A stretch of DNA of 64,000 nucleotides from an uncultured bacterium (lineage in GTDB: Bacteria; Desulfobacterota_D; UBA1144): assembly GCA_913050325.1 (NCBI GenBank), contig CAJWZP010000002.1:66180-130179 (forward strand). Direction: 5' to 3'. Positions 52,168-61,838 of the stretch are shown one piece after another. The notes beneath the pieces were generated by a model that was not told the DNA's origin, searched no databases, and worked only from the letters and a program-made list of their open reading frames with translations. Made by a program: the position numbers and the translations under genes. The number at the start of each line of letters is the position of its first letter. Within the stretch, counting starts at the first letter, position 1.

Positions 52168-52716
52168 ATGATTTTAATTTTATTCGGACCCCCAGGTGCT
52201 GGTAAGGGGACACAAGCTGATCTGTTAAAAGAAAAGTTTAATTTATTACATTTGTCGACAGGCGATTTACTTAGAGAGGAAGTATCAAATGAAACAGCTT
52301 TAGGAATAAAAGCAAAAGAATTTATGGACGCTGGTGAGTTAGTCACTGATGAGTTGATTATTGCAATGATAAAAAATAAAATTGATAATACAACCAGTGT
52401 TAATGGTTTTCTTTTTGATGGCTTTCCAAGAACAATTTCTCAAGCCGAAGCTCTAAATGATATGTTAAAAAATTCTTCAAAAGAAGTTGATAAAGTTATT
52501 TCACTTGAAGTTGATGATTCAATATTAATTAAAAGACTCCTTGAAAGAGGAAGAAGTGATGATAATGAGTCAACTATTAAAAATAGGTTGGATGTTTATA
52601 AGAGCCAAACTTTACCAATAAAAGATTTTTATTCAAAAGATAATAAGTTAATCCAAATCAAAGGAAATCAAACCGTTGAAGATGTAAATTCTGATATTGT
52701 TTCTAATCTAAGTTAA
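52168..52716 (+). CDS. adk: adenylate kinase (short-LID form)
   Basis: 182 aa with a P-loop (GPPGAGKGTQA) and LDGFPRT-like NMP-binding site. Confidence 0.93.
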   Translation: MILILFGPPGAGKGTQADLLKEKFNLLHLSTGDLLREEVSNETALGIKAKEFMDAGELVTDELIIAMIKNKIDNTTSVNGFLFDGFPRTISQAEALNDMLKNSSKEVDKVISLEVDDSILIKRLLERGRSDDNESTIKNRLDVYKSQTLPIKDFYSKDNKLIQIKGNQTVEDVNSDIVSNLS

Positions 52717-52717
52717 T

Positions 52718-53479
52718 ATGGCTATTAATTTAAAAAAACCTTCTGAAATAGAAAATATTAGAAAATGTGGAAAAATAATTTCTGATGTTAGAAATCTTTT
52801 AATTTCTAGTATTGAAGAAGGAATTTCAACCTGGGAATTAGATAAAATTGCTGAGGACTATACTATTTCAAAAGGCTTCATACCTGCTTTTAAAGGTTAC
52901 CAAAATTTTCCCTCTTCTATTTGTGCATCTGTAAATAGTGAAGTCGTTCATGGACTACCCTCAAAAAATAAAATTTTAAAAAAGGGAGATATTATTGGTA
53001 TTGATTTTGGTGTATATGATGGAAGTTTTTATGCTGATAGCGCTTTTACATTTCCTGTTGGAGAGGTAGAATCTAAAGTGGAAAAATTGTTGGAAGTAAC
53101 AGCGAATTCTCTTCAAAAAGGAATTGATCAAGCCATAATTGGAAATAAAGTTTTTGATATATCTTATGCTATTCAGAAATACATTGAATCTTTTGATTTA
53201 TCAATTGTTCGATCTTATGTAGGGCATGGAATTGGTAGAAACTTACATGAAGAGCCACAAGTTCCAAATTTCATTTTGAGCAAGAAAGATAGATCATCTT
53301 CTGTAAAGCTTAAAGAAGGAATGGTTTTAGCTATTGAACCGATGGTTAATATTGGACTTGATGATGTGGAACTTGCTGATGATGGCTGGACGGTTAGAAC
53401 TAAAGACAATTCACTTTCTGCTCATTTTGAACATACAATTGCAATAACTAAAAAAGGACCTCAAATATTAACTAATTAG
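52718..53479 (+). CDS. map: methionine aminopeptidase type I
   Basis: 253 aa with MetAP metal-ligand context (DIIGIDFGV...; VGHGIGRNLHEEP; EPMVNIG). Confidence 0.93.
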   Translation: MAINLKKPSEIENIRKCGKIISDVRNLLISSIEEGISTWELDKIAEDYTISKGFIPAFKGYQNFPSSICASVNSEVVHGLPSKNKILKKGDIIGIDFGVYDGSFYADSAFTFPVGEVESKVEKLLEVTANSLQKGIDQAIIGNKVFDISYAIQKYIESFDLSIVRSYVGHGIGRNLHEEPQVPNFILSKKDRSSSVKLKEGMVLAIEPMVNIGLDDVELADDGWTVRTKDNSLSAHFEHTIAITKKGPQILTN

Positions 53480-53488
53480 GGATTAATT

Positions 53489-53707
53489 ATGGGAAAAGAA
53501 GATAGAATTGAATTAGAAGGTACTATTTTAGAAGCACAACCAAATGCTATGTTTAAAGTTGAATTAGAAAATGGTCACCAAATTTTAGCATACGTCTCAG
53601 GTAAGATGAGAACACACTTTATAAGGATTTTGCCTGGTGACAAGGTTAAAGTTGAGGTTTCACCCTATGATTTGACAAAAGGAAGAATAACATATAGATT
53701 GAAATGA
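53489..53707 (+). CDS. infA: translation initiation factor IF-1
   Basis: 72 aa with an S1-like OB fold (…[42 protein letters not shown]). Confidence 0.95.
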   Translation: MGKEDRIELEGTILEAQPNAMFKVELENGHQILAYVSGKMRTHFIRILPGDKVKVEVSPYDLTKGRITYRLK

Positions 53708-53745
53708 CATTATCGTATATAATATAACGCTTTAATGGAGTATTT

Positions 53746-54129
53746 ATGCCTAGAATTGCCGGAGTAGACATACCTGAAAATAAGAGAGTTTTAATATCTC
53801 TAACATATATATATGGTATTGGAAAAAAGATATCTAATGATATTTTGGTTAAAGCAAACATAAATCCTAGTTTAAAAACTTCAGAGTTGACAGATGATGA
53901 TGTGTCAAAAATAAGACAGTTAATTGAAAATGATCATTTGGTTGAAGGTGAACTAAGAGTTGAAGTTCAGAACAATATTAAGAGACTTCAAGAAATTGTT
54001 TCATACCGTGGTGTTAGACATAGAAAAAAATTACCATGTAGAGGTCAGAGAACAAAATCAAATGCAAGAACAAGAAGAGGAAAAAAAGGTTTGGCTATTG
54101 CTAAGAAAAAACAAGCTGGATTAAAATAG
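53746..54129 (+). CDS. rpsM: 30S ribosomal protein S13
   Basis: 127 aa; [15 protein letters not shown] is the S13 N-terminus. It follows infA after only 38 nt, so there is no rpmJ between them. Confidence 0.95.
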   Translation: MPRIAGVDIPENKRVLISLTYIYGIGKKISNDILVKANINPSLKTSELTDDDVSKIRQLIENDHLVEGELRVEVQNNIKRLQEIVSYRGVRHRKKLPCRGQRTKSNARTRRGKKGLAIAKKKQAGLK

Positions 54130-54139
54130 GAGCCTAGAT

Positions 54140-54523
54140 TTGAAAAAAAATAAAAAAGGAAAAAAAGCTAAAAAATTTGTTGAAACTGGCAAAGCTCATA
54201 TTCAAGCTACATTCAATAATACGATAATTACAATTACTGATGATAATGGAAACGTTGTATCATGGGCTGCAGGTGGGAAAGAAGGATTCAAGGGTACAAG
54301 AAAAGGTACTCCCTTTGCTGCTCAATTAGCAGCTGAAGATGCGGCAAAAAAAGCAGCAGAATTTGGAATGAAGACAATCGGTGTTTATGTTAAAGGACCT
54401 GGACCAGGCAGAGAGACTGCTATAAGATCAATTCAAGCAGCAGGAATAAAAATAAATTTAATTAAGGATGTTACACCTTTACCACACAATGGATGTAGAC
54501 CTCCTGCTAAGAGAAGAGTTTAA
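54140..54523 (+). CDS. rpsK: 30S ribosomal protein S11 (TTG start)
   Basis: 127 aa, S11 family ([16 protein letters not shown]...[12 protein letters not shown]). Confidence 0.93.
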   Translation: MKKNKKGKKAKKFVETGKAHIQATFNNTIITITDDNGNVVSWAAGGKEGFKGTRKGTPFAAQLAAEDAAKKAAEFGMKTIGVYVKGPGPGRETAIRSIQAAGIKINLIKDVTPLPHNGCRPPAKRRV

Positions 54524-54534
54524 GGGAGATAATA

Positions 54535-55164
54535 TTGGCTAGATATACAGGACCAACAACAAAATTGTCTAGAAGAGAGGGTCAAGAGCTTTTTTTAAAA
54601 GGTGATAGATCTTATTCAGATAAAGCGGCAAGAAGAATATCAGTTCTCCCAGGACAAAATCAATCTAAATTTAATCAGAAATCTTCTGAATATGCAATTA
54701 GACTCCGAGAAAAGCAAAAGCTAAAAAGAATCTTTGGTTTAACTGAAAAACAATTTAGAATAAATTTTGTCAAATCTAATAAACAACCTGGTGTTACTGG
54801 CCATAATCTAATATCAAATCTAGAAAGAAGGCTTGATAATGTTGTTTATAGGCTTGGATTTTTAAGTTCAAGAAATGAAGCAAGGCAATTTGTTAATCAT
54901 GGCCATGTATTAGTTAATGGAAAAAAGGTCGACATTCCATCTTATCTTACTTCAATTGATGACAATATTGAGATAAGAGAAAAAAGTAAAGAAATGAAAA
55001 GAATTAAAGAATCTATTGAGTCAGTAGCTCGTAGAGGGGTACCTGAGTGGTTAGAAATTAATTCTGAAAAACTGATTGGAAAAGTCAAAAGATTACCTTC
55101 AAGAGATGATTTTACATTACCTGTTGATGAACAATTAATTATTGAATTTTATTCTAAACTATAG
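54535..55164 (+). CDS. rpsD: 30S ribosomal protein S4 (TTG start)
   Basis: 209 aa; ARYTGPTTKLSRREG is the S4 N-terminus; S4 RNA-binding domain. Confidence 0.93.
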   Translation: MARYTGPTTKLSRREGQELFLKGDRSYSDKAARRISVLPGQNQSKFNQKSSEYAIRLREKQKLKRIFGLTEKQFRINFVKSNKQPGVTGHNLISNLERRLDNVVYRLGFLSSRNEARQFVNHGHVLVNGKKVDIPSYLTSIDDNIEIREKSKEMKRIKESIESVARRGVPEWLEINSEKLIGKVKRLPSRDDFTLPVDEQLIIEFYSKL

Positions 55165-55172
55165 GAGCATTC

Positions 55173-56228
55173 ATGGAATTTCAAAGAAACTGGATTGGTT
55201 TATATAAACCAAAATCGATTCAAATAGATCAAAAAACTAAGTCTGAGACTTATGGTAAGTTCAAATGTGAGCCTTTAGAGAAAGGCTACGGCTTAACTAT
55301 TGGTAACTCTTTGAGAAGAATTTTGCTTTCTTCCATTCAAGGACCTGCTATTACAAAAGTTAAAATAGATGGTGTTCAACATGAATTTTCAACTATTACA
55401 GGAATTAAAGAAGATGTTACTGAAATAATTTTAAATCTGAAAAAGTTAAATTTAAAAATGGATACTTATGAACCTCAAACAATTCGATTAAGTTATTCTG
55501 GTGAGGGAGAAGTAACTGCAAAGGATATTGAGACCAATCAGCATGTGGAAATTGTTAATGAGCATCAATTCATTGCCACTTTATCTGAAAGTGCAAGTAT
55601 TGATATAGAAATGACCGTGGAAATGGGAAGAGGATATATGCCTACTGAATCAAGAGATGAAAATAATCATTCCATAGGAGAAATCTTATTAGATGCTATT
55701 TTCTCTCCTGTCACAAAAGTAAATTATAATATTACCGCTGCAAGAGTTGGCAGAAGAACAGACTATGAAAGATTAACGCTAGAAGTTTGGACAAATGGTA
55801 CTGTTAGTCCCGAGGATGCTGTCGCTTTCGCTGCTAAGATACTTAAAGATCAAATGTCAGTATTCGTTAATTTTGATGAAGAAGAGGTAGATGCTATTCC
55901 TATAATAGAAGAGGAATCTGATGAGATTATTGGATCTGAAGATGTTTTATTTACTAAGATCGAGGAGCTAGATTTCTCGGCAAGATCTCTTAATTGTTTG
56001 GAGAAAGGCAATATAAAATATCTCGGTGATTTAATACAGTTGAACGAAGAAGACCTCTTAAATCTAGAAAATTTTGGTAAGAGATCATTAAATGAGGTGA
56101 AAGATGTAATTGCTTCATTCAACCTCAGACTAGGTGAAGATATTAATAAAGATTTATATTATGAACAAAGAAAAATCCAAGAGAATGATTCTGAGGATTC
56201 AGAAAATGATGGTGGTATAACCCAGTGA
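55173..56228 (+). CDS. rpoA: DNA-directed RNA polymerase subunit alpha
   Basis: 351 aa with an NTD (GYGLTIGNSLRRILLSSIQGPAIT) and a CTD helix-hairpin-helix (LSARSLNCLEKGNIKYLGDL). Confidence 0.95.
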   Translation: MEFQRNWIGLYKPKSIQIDQKTKSETYGKFKCEPLEKGYGLTIGNSLRRILLSSIQGPAITKVKIDGVQHEFSTITGIKEDVTEIILNLKKLNLKMDTYEPQTIRLSYSGEGEVTAKDIETNQHVEIVNEHQFIATLSESASIDIEMTVEMGRGYMPTESRDENNHSIGEILLDAIFSPVTKVNYNITAARVGRRTDYERLTLEVWTNGTVSPEDAVAFAAKILKDQMSVFVNFDEEEVDAIPIIEEESDEIIGSEDVLFTKIEELDFSARSLNCLEKGNIKYLGDLIQLNEEDLLNLENFGKRSLNEVKDVIASFNLRLGEDINKDLYYEQRKIQENDSEDSENDGGITQ

Positions 56229-56650
56229 GACACAGAGTAAGGAAAGGAAAGCTTGGCTTAAAGACTCAACACAGATTATCGATGTTGAAAAATCTCGCAA
56301 CCGAATTATTTAGGCATGGTAGAATTGTAACAACTGATACAAGGGCAAAAGAATTGAAAAGATTCTCTGAAAAGTTAATAACTATTGCTAAAAATGATTC
56401 TGTTCATTCAAGAAGATTAGTAGACGCAAAAATTAAAAATAGAGAAGTTCTAAAAAATCTCTTTGAATTCATTGCACCAAGTTTTATAAACAGACCGGGC
56501 GGCTATACAAGAGTAATTAAAATGAATTACAGAAGAGGTGATGCAGCGCCTTTATCTGCCATTGAACTAGTAGGGCTTGATGTTCCATTTACAAAAGTTG
56601 AAGATAATAATGAAGTTCAACAGGAAGAAACTACAGAGTCTACTGAATAA
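56225..56650 (+). CDS. rplQ: 50S ribosomal protein L17
   Basis: 141 aa; MRHRVRKGKLGLKTQHRLSMLKNLA is the L17 N-terminus. Confidence 0.95.
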   Translation: MRHRVRKGKLGLKTQHRLSMLKNLATELFRHGRIVTTDTRAKELKRFSEKLITIAKNDSVHSRRLVDAKIKNREVLKNLFEFIAPSFINRPGGYTRVIKMNYRRGDAAPLSAIELVGLDVPFTKVEDNNEVQQEETTESTE

Positions 56651-56675
56651 GCCATTGATTTTGAATTAAATAAAG

Positions 56676-57689
56676 ATGGATGCAATAAAAACCACTGATA
56701 CAAATAATATTGGAATTATTCTTGATCCAAATTCTTTTCAAAATATATCTGATATCGTATTGAAAGCAGAGAGTTATAATTTTCATTCAGCATGGGTGAC
56801 AGAACTTTATAGGTCTTCGTTTGAGCAACTTGTTCATATATCCTCAATCACAAATAAAATTAAAATTGGTAGTGCTGTTACGTTAGGTTTTGTAAGAAGC
56901 CCTTTGTCAACTATGATATCAGCAATGGATATAGATGAAATTTCAAAAGGTAGACTAATTTTTGGCTTAGGATCTGGTGCAATTAATACAAATAGAAAAT
57001 GGCATGGTATTGAAAATTTTGATAGACCTTCAGAGAGAATAAGCTCACTTCTTAAATCTTTAAAGATTATTGAAAAATCTTTAAATAACTCAAAGGATAT
57101 TTTGTATAATGATGAATTTATAAATATTGATATAAAAGCTTTTAGGAGGCCATTTAAGCCCTTTAGAGAAGAAATTCCAATATTTATAGCAGGTATAGGT
57201 CCAAAGATGACCAATATAGCTCTAAATCAATCTGATGGATATATAGGACATGTAGTATGTTCTAAAGACTATATAAACAACAATATAATACCCTTGAAGA
57301 AGAAAAAATTTTCAACTCTATCATCAATCGTGTTATGTGCAATTAATAAAAATAAATTGCAAGCCATTGAAGATTGTAAGGGGACGATAGCATTTTATTC
57401 AACAGTTAAAGCTTATTCAGAACCCTTTAGACAGTTAGGTTTTGAGGAAAATATAATTTCTATTAGAAAACATTTTTTTGAAGGCAATATCGATGGAATG
57501 ATATCAAACGTAAGTAATGAAATGGTAGAAAAGTTTGCTTTGGTTGGTAATCGTGATGAAGTAAAGGAAGGCATGTTAGAATTTAAAAATTTTATAGATT
57601 TACCGATATTGACTGCTCCTCATTATTATTTAAATCACGAAAAATTAGAAATATACCAGAATGAAATTCTAGAAACTTTTAAATTTTAG
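56676..57689 (+). CDS. luciferase-like (LLM class) flavin-dependent oxidoreductase
   Basis: 337 aa with a TIM-barrel LLM pattern (GIILDPNSF...; IGSAVTLGFVRSP; LIFGLGSG). Substrate unknown. Confidence 0.7.
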   Translation: MDAIKTTDTNNIGIILDPNSFQNISDIVLKAESYNFHSAWVTELYRSSFEQLVHISSITNKIKIGSAVTLGFVRSPLSTMISAMDIDEISKGRLIFGLGSGAINTNRKWHGIENFDRPSERISSLLKSLKIIEKSLNNSKDILYNDEFINIDIKAFRRPFKPFREEIPIFIAGIGPKMTNIALNQSDGYIGHVVCSKDYINNNIIPLKKKKFSTLSSIVLCAINKNKLQAIEDCKGTIAFYSTVKAYSEPFRQLGFEENIISIRKHFFEGNIDGMISNVSNEMVEKFALVGNRDEVKEGMLEFKNFIDLPILTAPHYYLNHEKLEIYQNEILETFKF

Positions 57690-58341
57690 CAGCTGTATAA
57701 ATGGTAACAATTCCTAAATTAAAAGATTTTATTTCCAAAACTTTAAAATTATTTTTAGAAAGTAATTCGTTAAATTCTTTAGGTGAATAGAATTTGTTAA
57801 TTGATGATGAAAGATAGAAATATTCTTTAAACTTCCCAAACAAAAGCCCAACTAGAGGTATAAAAAGGAAAAGATATATGTTTGTAATTAATTTCATAAT
57901 AGGATTTTCATTTCTTGAAAATTCCATAATGTACAAATATTTATTATCTTTTAAAACTCTATGTATTTCTTTTAGAGATTTTTCTATAGATTTTGTATTC
58001 CTAATACCAAATGAAATTGTTACATAGTCAAACATTTTATTTTCAAACGGTATATTCTCAGCATAACCTTTCAGGAAGTTAATATTTTGAGATTTTTCTT
58101 TAGCAATTTTAAGCATATTCTGTGATGGATCTAATCCATAGCATTCTGATACTGGATATTTCTTTTTTATTAATCTTATTATGTCTCCAGTTCCAGTAGC
58201 AATATCTAATATTTTCCCATTCATATTTGATTTGGTAACAAAATCTTTTTTCCATTTTTTATGTTTTCCGAGACTAATTATATTATTTATTCTGTCATAG
58301 ACCTTAGCTATTGAGTTAAAAGTATTTTTTGTATCTGGCAT
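57679..58341 (-). CDS. ubiE: ubiquinone/menaquinone biosynthesis C-methyltransferase UbiE family
   Basis: 220 aa with the UbiE N-terminal motif (FNSIAKVYDRINNIISLGKHKKWKK) and SAM-binding motif I (ILDIATGTGD). Confidence 0.85.
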   Translation of the reverse strand: MPDTKNTFNSIAKVYDRINNIISLGKHKKWKKDFVTKSNMNGKILDIATGTGDIIRLIKKKYPVSECYGLDPSQNMLKIAKEKSQNINFLKGYAENIPFENKMFDYVTISFGIRNTKSIEKSLKEIHRVLKDNKYLYIMEFSRNENPIMKLITNIYLFLFIPLVGLLFGKFKEYFYLSSSINKFYSPKEFNELLSKNNFKVLEIKSFNLGIVTIYTAAKI

Positions 58342-59210
58342 TATAGGTCCTTGATTATTTTATTGGCTCTTTTGATATCTCCTGATGTCATTAAATGTAT
58401 ACCGTCTAAATTACTTTTATATTCTTTTATTAATCTTGATGAATGCTCTATTGAATATTGTTCCATTTCATAATCATCTAATTTTTTTAATTTATTTAGA
58501 TGTTTGCTATCTATAGGTATACCAGCAATTTTATTAACTATATTTTTAAGTATTTTTTTGTTGGTTATTGGCAATATTCCACATAAAATTTTATAATTTT
58601 TTTTTCTAGATATTTGTGAAATAAAATCAAGATTTTCATGAGAATAAACTGGTTGAGTTATAAAAACATTTGAACCTTTTTTCAATCTATTGTTTATTAT
58701 CTTTTTTATTTCTCCAAAATCTTTATTAATATCAATAGTAGAAATGATATCAAAGTCTAATTTTTTTTGTATTTTATTCCCTGAATAATCATTTCCATTT
58801 CTGATTTTATCTAAAATTTTAATTAATTCATTGGTTCCAACTTCATATACCTCTTTAGATTTAAGGGAATCTCCATTTTTAATTTTATCTCCTTTAACAA
58901 TTAAGATTTTTTTTATATTCATTGAAATACATCCCAAAATTTCACTTTGAAGAGATAGTGTATTTTTGTCACGTGTAGAAAAATTAATAATTAATTTCTT
59001 AGGGTTGATTCCTTCCAATATCAATTTATGGGCGATACTTATAGGACTTATTCTAAGATTTGCTAAAGGGCAGCAAGTAATATCTAGGAAGTCAAAACTT
59101 TTATGGTATCTAACAATTTTTTTTATATAATTTGGATTTATATAATGCTTTGGCGGAACAATCTCAAAAGATGTTTTGAATGTGTTTTTGTTTAAGTTAG
59201 AATTTATCAT
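58341..59210 (-). CDS. metF: methylenetetrahydrofolate reductase family protein
   Basis: 289 aa with the MTHFR N-terminal signature SFEIVPPK and a TIM-barrel pattern. Its stop is shared with the ubiE start (1-nt overlap). Confidence 0.75.
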   Translation of the reverse strand: MINSNLNKNTFKTSFEIVPPKHYINPNYIKKIVRYHKSFDFLDITCCPLANLRISPISIAHKLILEGINPKKLIINFSTRDKNTLSLQSEILGCISMNIKKILIVKGDKIKNGDSLKSKEVYEVGTNELIKILDKIRNGNDYSGNKIQKKLDFDIISTIDINKDFGEIKKIINNRLKKGSNVFITQPVYSHENLDFISQISRKKNYKILCGILPITNKKILKNIVNKIAGIPIDSKHLNKLKKLDDYEMEQYSIEHSSRLIKEYKSNLDGIHLMTSGDIKRANKIIKDL

Positions 59211-59213
59211 TCT

Positions 59214-60143
59214 ATGCGCTATCTAATTATATTTATTTTTTTATTATTTTCTTTAAAGTCATATGGTATCACGAAAGTATATAATTTAATAGATGAAAAA
59301 CTCACAATTCATACAACGAATCCTTTAACTAAAGATCAAAAAAATAAAATAGAAGATATTTTAGATAATATAACAGCAGTTCTTGATGTAACGGATTCAG
59401 ATTCTTTTGTATCAAGATTTAATAATTTAGAAAAAAATTCTGAGGTTTCAGCTCCTGATGTATTCGTTGATGCATATAAAGTATTAAATGATTATAATAA
59501 AATAACTAAAGGTAAATTCGATCCGACAGCTTTTACACTTTTGTCTAAAAGTCAAAAAGTCAAAAAGTTAAATTACTATTTAAAATCTGGTGTTCATTCA
59601 AGATGTACTTCGTTAAAAAATATCAAAATTAAAATTAACAATGTTTTCTCTAAAAAAGAAAAATGTACTAAAATTAGTTTTAATTCTTTGATATATGGAA
59701 AAGTAGTTGATGAAATACAAATATTTTTTGATTCAGAAAAAATTAACGCCTATGCAATAATTTTTAATAATGTTGTTGCGAAAAAAAATTTTTCTTTTAG
59801 TGAAATTAGTACATTGAAACTTTCAGATTATATAAAGGAAAAGGTTAATTTTGATTTAATAAATAATTTTGGAATCTATGAACTTTCTGATAATTTATAT
59901 ATTCATAACATAAATATGAAAGATGAAAATTTAATATTAAATGATGAAATTATTATTCTCGTTTCTACAAGCTCAAACTCTAACAACAATATCCTAGCAA
60001 ATACCTTAAATCTTATGGATTTTGATAAAATAAAAAATTTAAACAATTCAGAAGTAAAGATTCCAATATTTATTTTATATAAAATCGGGGACATGTATAA
60101 TTTTTCATATACAGATAATTTTAAAAGATTTCTATCTGATTAG
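59214..60143 (+). CDS. hypothetical exported protein, Asn/Ile/Lys-rich (signal peptide)
   Basis: 309 aa with an N-terminal signal peptide (MRYLIIFIFLLFSLKSYG). No confident family assignment. Its start is 3 nt from the divergent metF start. Confidence 0.6.
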   Translation: MRYLIIFIFLLFSLKSYGITKVYNLIDEKLTIHTTNPLTKDQKNKIEDILDNITAVLDVTDSDSFVSRFNNLEKNSEVSAPDVFVDAYKVLNDYNKITKGKFDPTAFTLLSKSQKVKKLNYYLKSGVHSRCTSLKNIKIKINNVFSKKEKCTKISFNSLIYGKVVDEIQIFFDSEKINAYAIIFNNVVAKKNFSFSEISTLKLSDYIKEKVNFDLINNFGIYELSDNLYIHNINMKDENLILNDEIIILVSTSSNSNNNILANTLNLMDFDKIKNLNNSEVKIPIFILYKIGDMYNFSYTDNFKRFLSD

Positions 60144-61482
60144 AATTCGAAAAATTATTAACATATCTATCTATATCAAATTTTCTCTTTAATCCATTTT
60201 CATTCATATATCTAATTTTTCCAAAAATACTTCTTTCTTTCCAACCTCTATCATGTAAACCAAAACACCATAAAATACCAACATAACTATTAGGATTTCT
60301 ACCATCCAACTGATATTTATTATTTAGATAAAGAGCTATTTTAATACCTTCTTGAAAATTTTTAGTCCATTCTAATATTTTTTTTCCCCAGTACATCCTC
60401 ATATATCCATGAATATATCCATATTTTAATAATTGAATTTGAGCTGAATTCCAATATAAATCATGAGTTTTTGCAAATTCAAAATCATGTAAGTCATATA
60501 CGAATTCTCTTTTGTCTTCTTGATGACTAATTAAGGATTCAATGGCCCAATTTGGTAGACCTTTATGATTGTTATAGTTTTTATTATGATAAGTATAATT
60601 GTAGGCAAGCTCTCTTCTTATTAGAATTTGCTCAACAAATGAATTGGTGAAATTAAAATTTATTTTCATTAAATCATATATAATTTCAAATATCGAAATA
60701 TGACCATAGTGAAGATATTTACTCATACATGAATTTTTTATATTTTCTGGATTATTAGATTTTTCATCATAATTAAAAATGTCATTATCAATATAATTTT
60801 TAAAAGTATTTACTGCGTTATCATGACCACCTTGTATGTCTTGATTAATAAGATATTTATCTTTTGGTAAATCGCTTAGAATTTTAAAGATATCTATTGT
60901 ATATTCGTTAGGATCATCCAATGTTGTAATTCCATTTAATTCATTTTCAATTTTAAAGGTTTGATCAATCAAATCATCTACTAACTTGTAATACTTTCTC
61001 CTAAACGTAGCTGCTGAATATTCCTCTTTGTTAGAAACTAGTTTTGTGGGTAAATATAAATTATCAATTGAATAAATATTGCAATCAATATCTTTTAATT
61101 CACTTTTTAAATATTTTCTGGATCTTTCAGTATAAGGTTCATCAAGAACTAAAGTGTCACAATCACTTAAAATTAATGAACATAAATTTGTCCCATACTC
61201 ATAAAAGTTAATATTATGATTAAAATTATTAAACTTTAGTAATACATCTTTTAAACCTTCAAACATAAATTTCAAATGTCTCGATATACAATCGTATTGG
61301 ATTTTGTTATAAATAAAAAAGATTTTAAGTGGTAGTTTTTTTTCTTTTGCAATCCTAGCAGCAAATCTGAGAGAAAAATTATTTTCTATTCTTTGGTTTG
61401 AAGTCATCCAATAAGAAATAAATTTCCCCGTTTTATCTGCTTTTCTTAATATAGTGCTTCTATCTTTTTCGAATTGAATCAT
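60121..61482 (-). CDS. phr: class II CPD (deoxyribodipyrimidine) photolyase
   Basis: 453 aa. The C-terminal FAD-binding region matches class II photolyase signatures (GYIHGYMRMYWGKKILEWT...LDGRNPNSYVGILWCFGLHDRGWKERSIFGKIRYMN). Confidence 0.88.
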   Translation of the reverse strand: MIQFEKDRSTILRKADKTGKFISYWMTSNQRIENNFSLRFAARIAKEKKLPLKIFFIYNKIQYDCISRHLKFMFEGLKDVLLKFNNFNHNINFYEYGTNLCSLILSDCDTLVLDEPYTERSRKYLKSELKDIDCNIYSIDNLYLPTKLVSNKEEYSAATFRRKYYKLVDDLIDQTFKIENELNGITTLDDPNEYTIDIFKILSDLPKDKYLINQDIQGGHDNAVNTFKNYIDNDIFNYDEKSNNPENIKNSCMSKYLHYGHISIFEIIYDLMKINFNFTNSFVEQILIRRELAYNYTYHNKNYNNHKGLPNWAIESLISHQEDKREFVYDLHDFEFAKTHDLYWNSAQIQLLKYGYIHGYMRMYWGKKILEWTKNFQEGIKIALYLNNKYQLDGRNPNSYVGILWCFGLHDRGWKERSIFGKIRYMNENGLKRKFDIDRYVNNFSNSNQIEIF

Positions 61483-61838
61483 TTTTTAAATCTATATATC
61501 CAAAATAAAACTGAAAAAAGAAAAAAAGAAATGGGGATTATATATAATATAATACCAAACCCTGATGTCGGAGGTTTAGCCAATATTGTATCACCATAAA
61601 TTCCTACAAAATACTGTAAAATTTCTTCTTTTTTTTGACCTTGATCCAGTTTCTTTTTAACAACTTCTCTCATTGATATAGCAAGACCCGAGTTAGATTC
61701 TGCAACTGTTTGACCCTGACAAACAGGACACATAAGTTCATTAGAGATATCATAGAGATCATTATCTTTTCCTATAGAATTAGGTACGAATATAAATAGT
61801 AAAAGAATTACAATTTTAATTATTTTTAGAGTATTCAT
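61479..61838 (-). CDS. ccmH: cytochrome c-type biogenesis protein CcmH/CycL
   Basis: 119 aa with a signal peptide, the CcmH motif LMCPVCQGQTVAESNSGLAISMR (LRCxxCQ), and a C-terminal TM anchor. Confidence 0.85.
   Translation of the reverse strand: MNTLKIIKIVILLLFIFVPNSIGKDNDLYDISNELMCPVCQGQTVAESNSGLAISMREVVKKKLDQGQKKEEILQYFVGIYGDTILAKPPTSGFGIILYIIPISFFLFSVLFWIYRFKK

Noticed and set aside
59214-60143. Assignment of the exported protein to the ApbE (FAD:protein FMN transferase) family
   Set aside because: Only a short N-terminal stretch (DS..RFN...G.FD.T) resembles ApbE. The C-terminal catalytic motifs are not detectable, so it is left as hypothetical.
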